Positions 40,811-41,156 of a stretch of 41,156 nucleotides of DNA are shown in pieces. Where the stretch lies: positions 1 through 41,156 of the forward strand of contig JBIIYK010000002.1 in assembly GCA_044346845.1 (NCBI GenBank), in the 5' to 3' direction. Source of the stretch: Minisyncoccia bacterium. Its GTDB lineage: Bacteria; Patescibacteriota; Minisyncoccia; Phycocordibacterales; GWA1-40-21. The position numbers and the translations under genes were made by a program. The stretch's first letter is position 1. Each line of letters starts with the position of its first letter. The notes under the pieces were generated by a model. It saw only the letters and a list, made by a program, of their open reading frames with translations, was not told where the DNA came from and did not search any database.

Positions 40811-40850
40811 GCGTCCTAACTTTTTATGAACATTTTGACGATGATGAGAG
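40811..40850 (+). pseudogene. Remnant of the 3' end of a paralog of the 38392..39171 gene, in inverted orientation
   Basis: It encodes GVLTFYEHFDDDER versus the C-terminus AVLTFYEYFDDDEK of the 38392..39171 product. Nucleotide identity is about 80% over roughly 40 nt, by eye. Similarity stops at the terminator. Confidence 0.55.
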
Positions 40851-40935
40851 GCAAAACAGATGTTGCAATCTTGCATTTCTAGTTTAAAAGAGTAATCTAA
40901 TCAACAGAAGTTCTAATAAAAAGAAGGGGTGGGAT

Positions 40936-41156
40936 ATGTGCTGCAAAATATGTGGTAGGGATAACGCTGGAACAGTATATGTACTTCCACTACGCCAAAA
41001 GGATGGAAGCTTAACCACTCTTGCCTGTGAAAGGTGTGCGGTGAAGTCAGGCGCTTACTGCATACAACATGCTCAAATCCATCAAGGGTTTACTGATGGG
41101 TCTACGGCCTGCCTGACTTGCATCCAGATCAAGGCGTTTTCACTTCAACCAAAAGC
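40936..41156 (+). CDS. Cys-rich zinc-ribbon-like protein, partial (runs off the window)
   Basis: Manual translation: MCCKICGRDNAGTVYVLPLRQKDGSLTTLACERCAVKSGAYCIQHAQIHQGFTDGSTACLTCIQIKAFSLQPK... It has CxxC...CxxC pairs, and the SD-like GAAGGGGTGGG ends 3 nt before the ATG. Confidence 0.5.
   Translation, partial: MCCKICGRDNAGTVYVLPLRQKDGSLTTLACERCAVKSGAYCIQHAQIHQGFTDGSTACLTCIQIKAFSLQPK

Noticed and set aside
2450-41156. Integron gene cassettes as the explanation for the GC-rich single-gene inserts (2450-3080, 6013-6400, 31088-31622, 40590-41156)
   Set aside because: The inserts are dispersed rather than arrayed. No intI or attI is present. The GC-rich palindromes after each gene are followed by T-runs, so they are ordinary rho-independent terminators rather than attC sites, which have an imperfect R''-L''/L'-R' architecture.

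Overview
A 41.2 kb, gene-dense, AT-rich bacterial chromosome segment. Sampled 60-nt blocks of native genes are about 25-35% G+C. About 80% of genes are on the minus strand. The content suggests a reduced, Patescibacteria/CPR-like (possibly Parcubacteria-like) genome, but this is inference only. The clues are type IV pilus genes, a DUF5652-like protein, rplK not followed by rplA, a very compact layout, and few Shine-Dalgarno sites.

Core content:
- Folate and nucleotide genes: glyA fragment, thyA, folA, two HIT proteins, dCMP deaminase, folD.
- secE-nusG-rplK, rplS, rpsT.
- A MacAB/YknXYZ-like ABC efflux operon.
- tsaC, plus RNA methyltransferase and pseudouridine synthase genes.
- A metal-related operon: cupin, an HMA-membrane protein (frameshifted), and a cupredoxin-like protein.
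- GH18, dinB with an SOS box, pilMNO, and three pilin genes (one carries a LamG lectin domain).
- zwf-gnd, ruvA, ruvX, a murE-like gene, mutM, and eight tRNAs.
- No rRNA, CRISPR array, transposase or integrase was seen.

Signals most worth follow-up:
1. An islet next to tRNA-Lys (39.3-41.2 kb). It holds a possible PvcA/Dit1-like enzyme and two SD-driven Cys-rich mini-ORFs of higher G+C, next to an inverted remnant of the neighbouring gene.
2. A roughly 150-nt multi-hairpin, tRNA-Ser-derived element. It starts with a 15-nt direct repeat of the 3' end of the adjacent tRNA-Ser, which looks like an att scar.
3. A pilin locus with tandem paralogs that have conserved ends and variable cores, a lectin-domain pilin, and mosaic upstream regions.
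4. At least 16 genes with a TANNNT box 6-7 nt before the start codon, implying leaderless mRNAs. In contrast, four to five single-gene, GC-rich, SD-bearing cassettes with GC-rich terminators look horizontally acquired.
5. A 61-nt intergenic repeat present twice, with a 31-nt structured insertion in one copy.
6. A three-copy 16-17 nt motif plus a GC-rich hairpin in the glyA/thyA divergent region.

All functional calls come from reading the motifs by eye. No database search was run.
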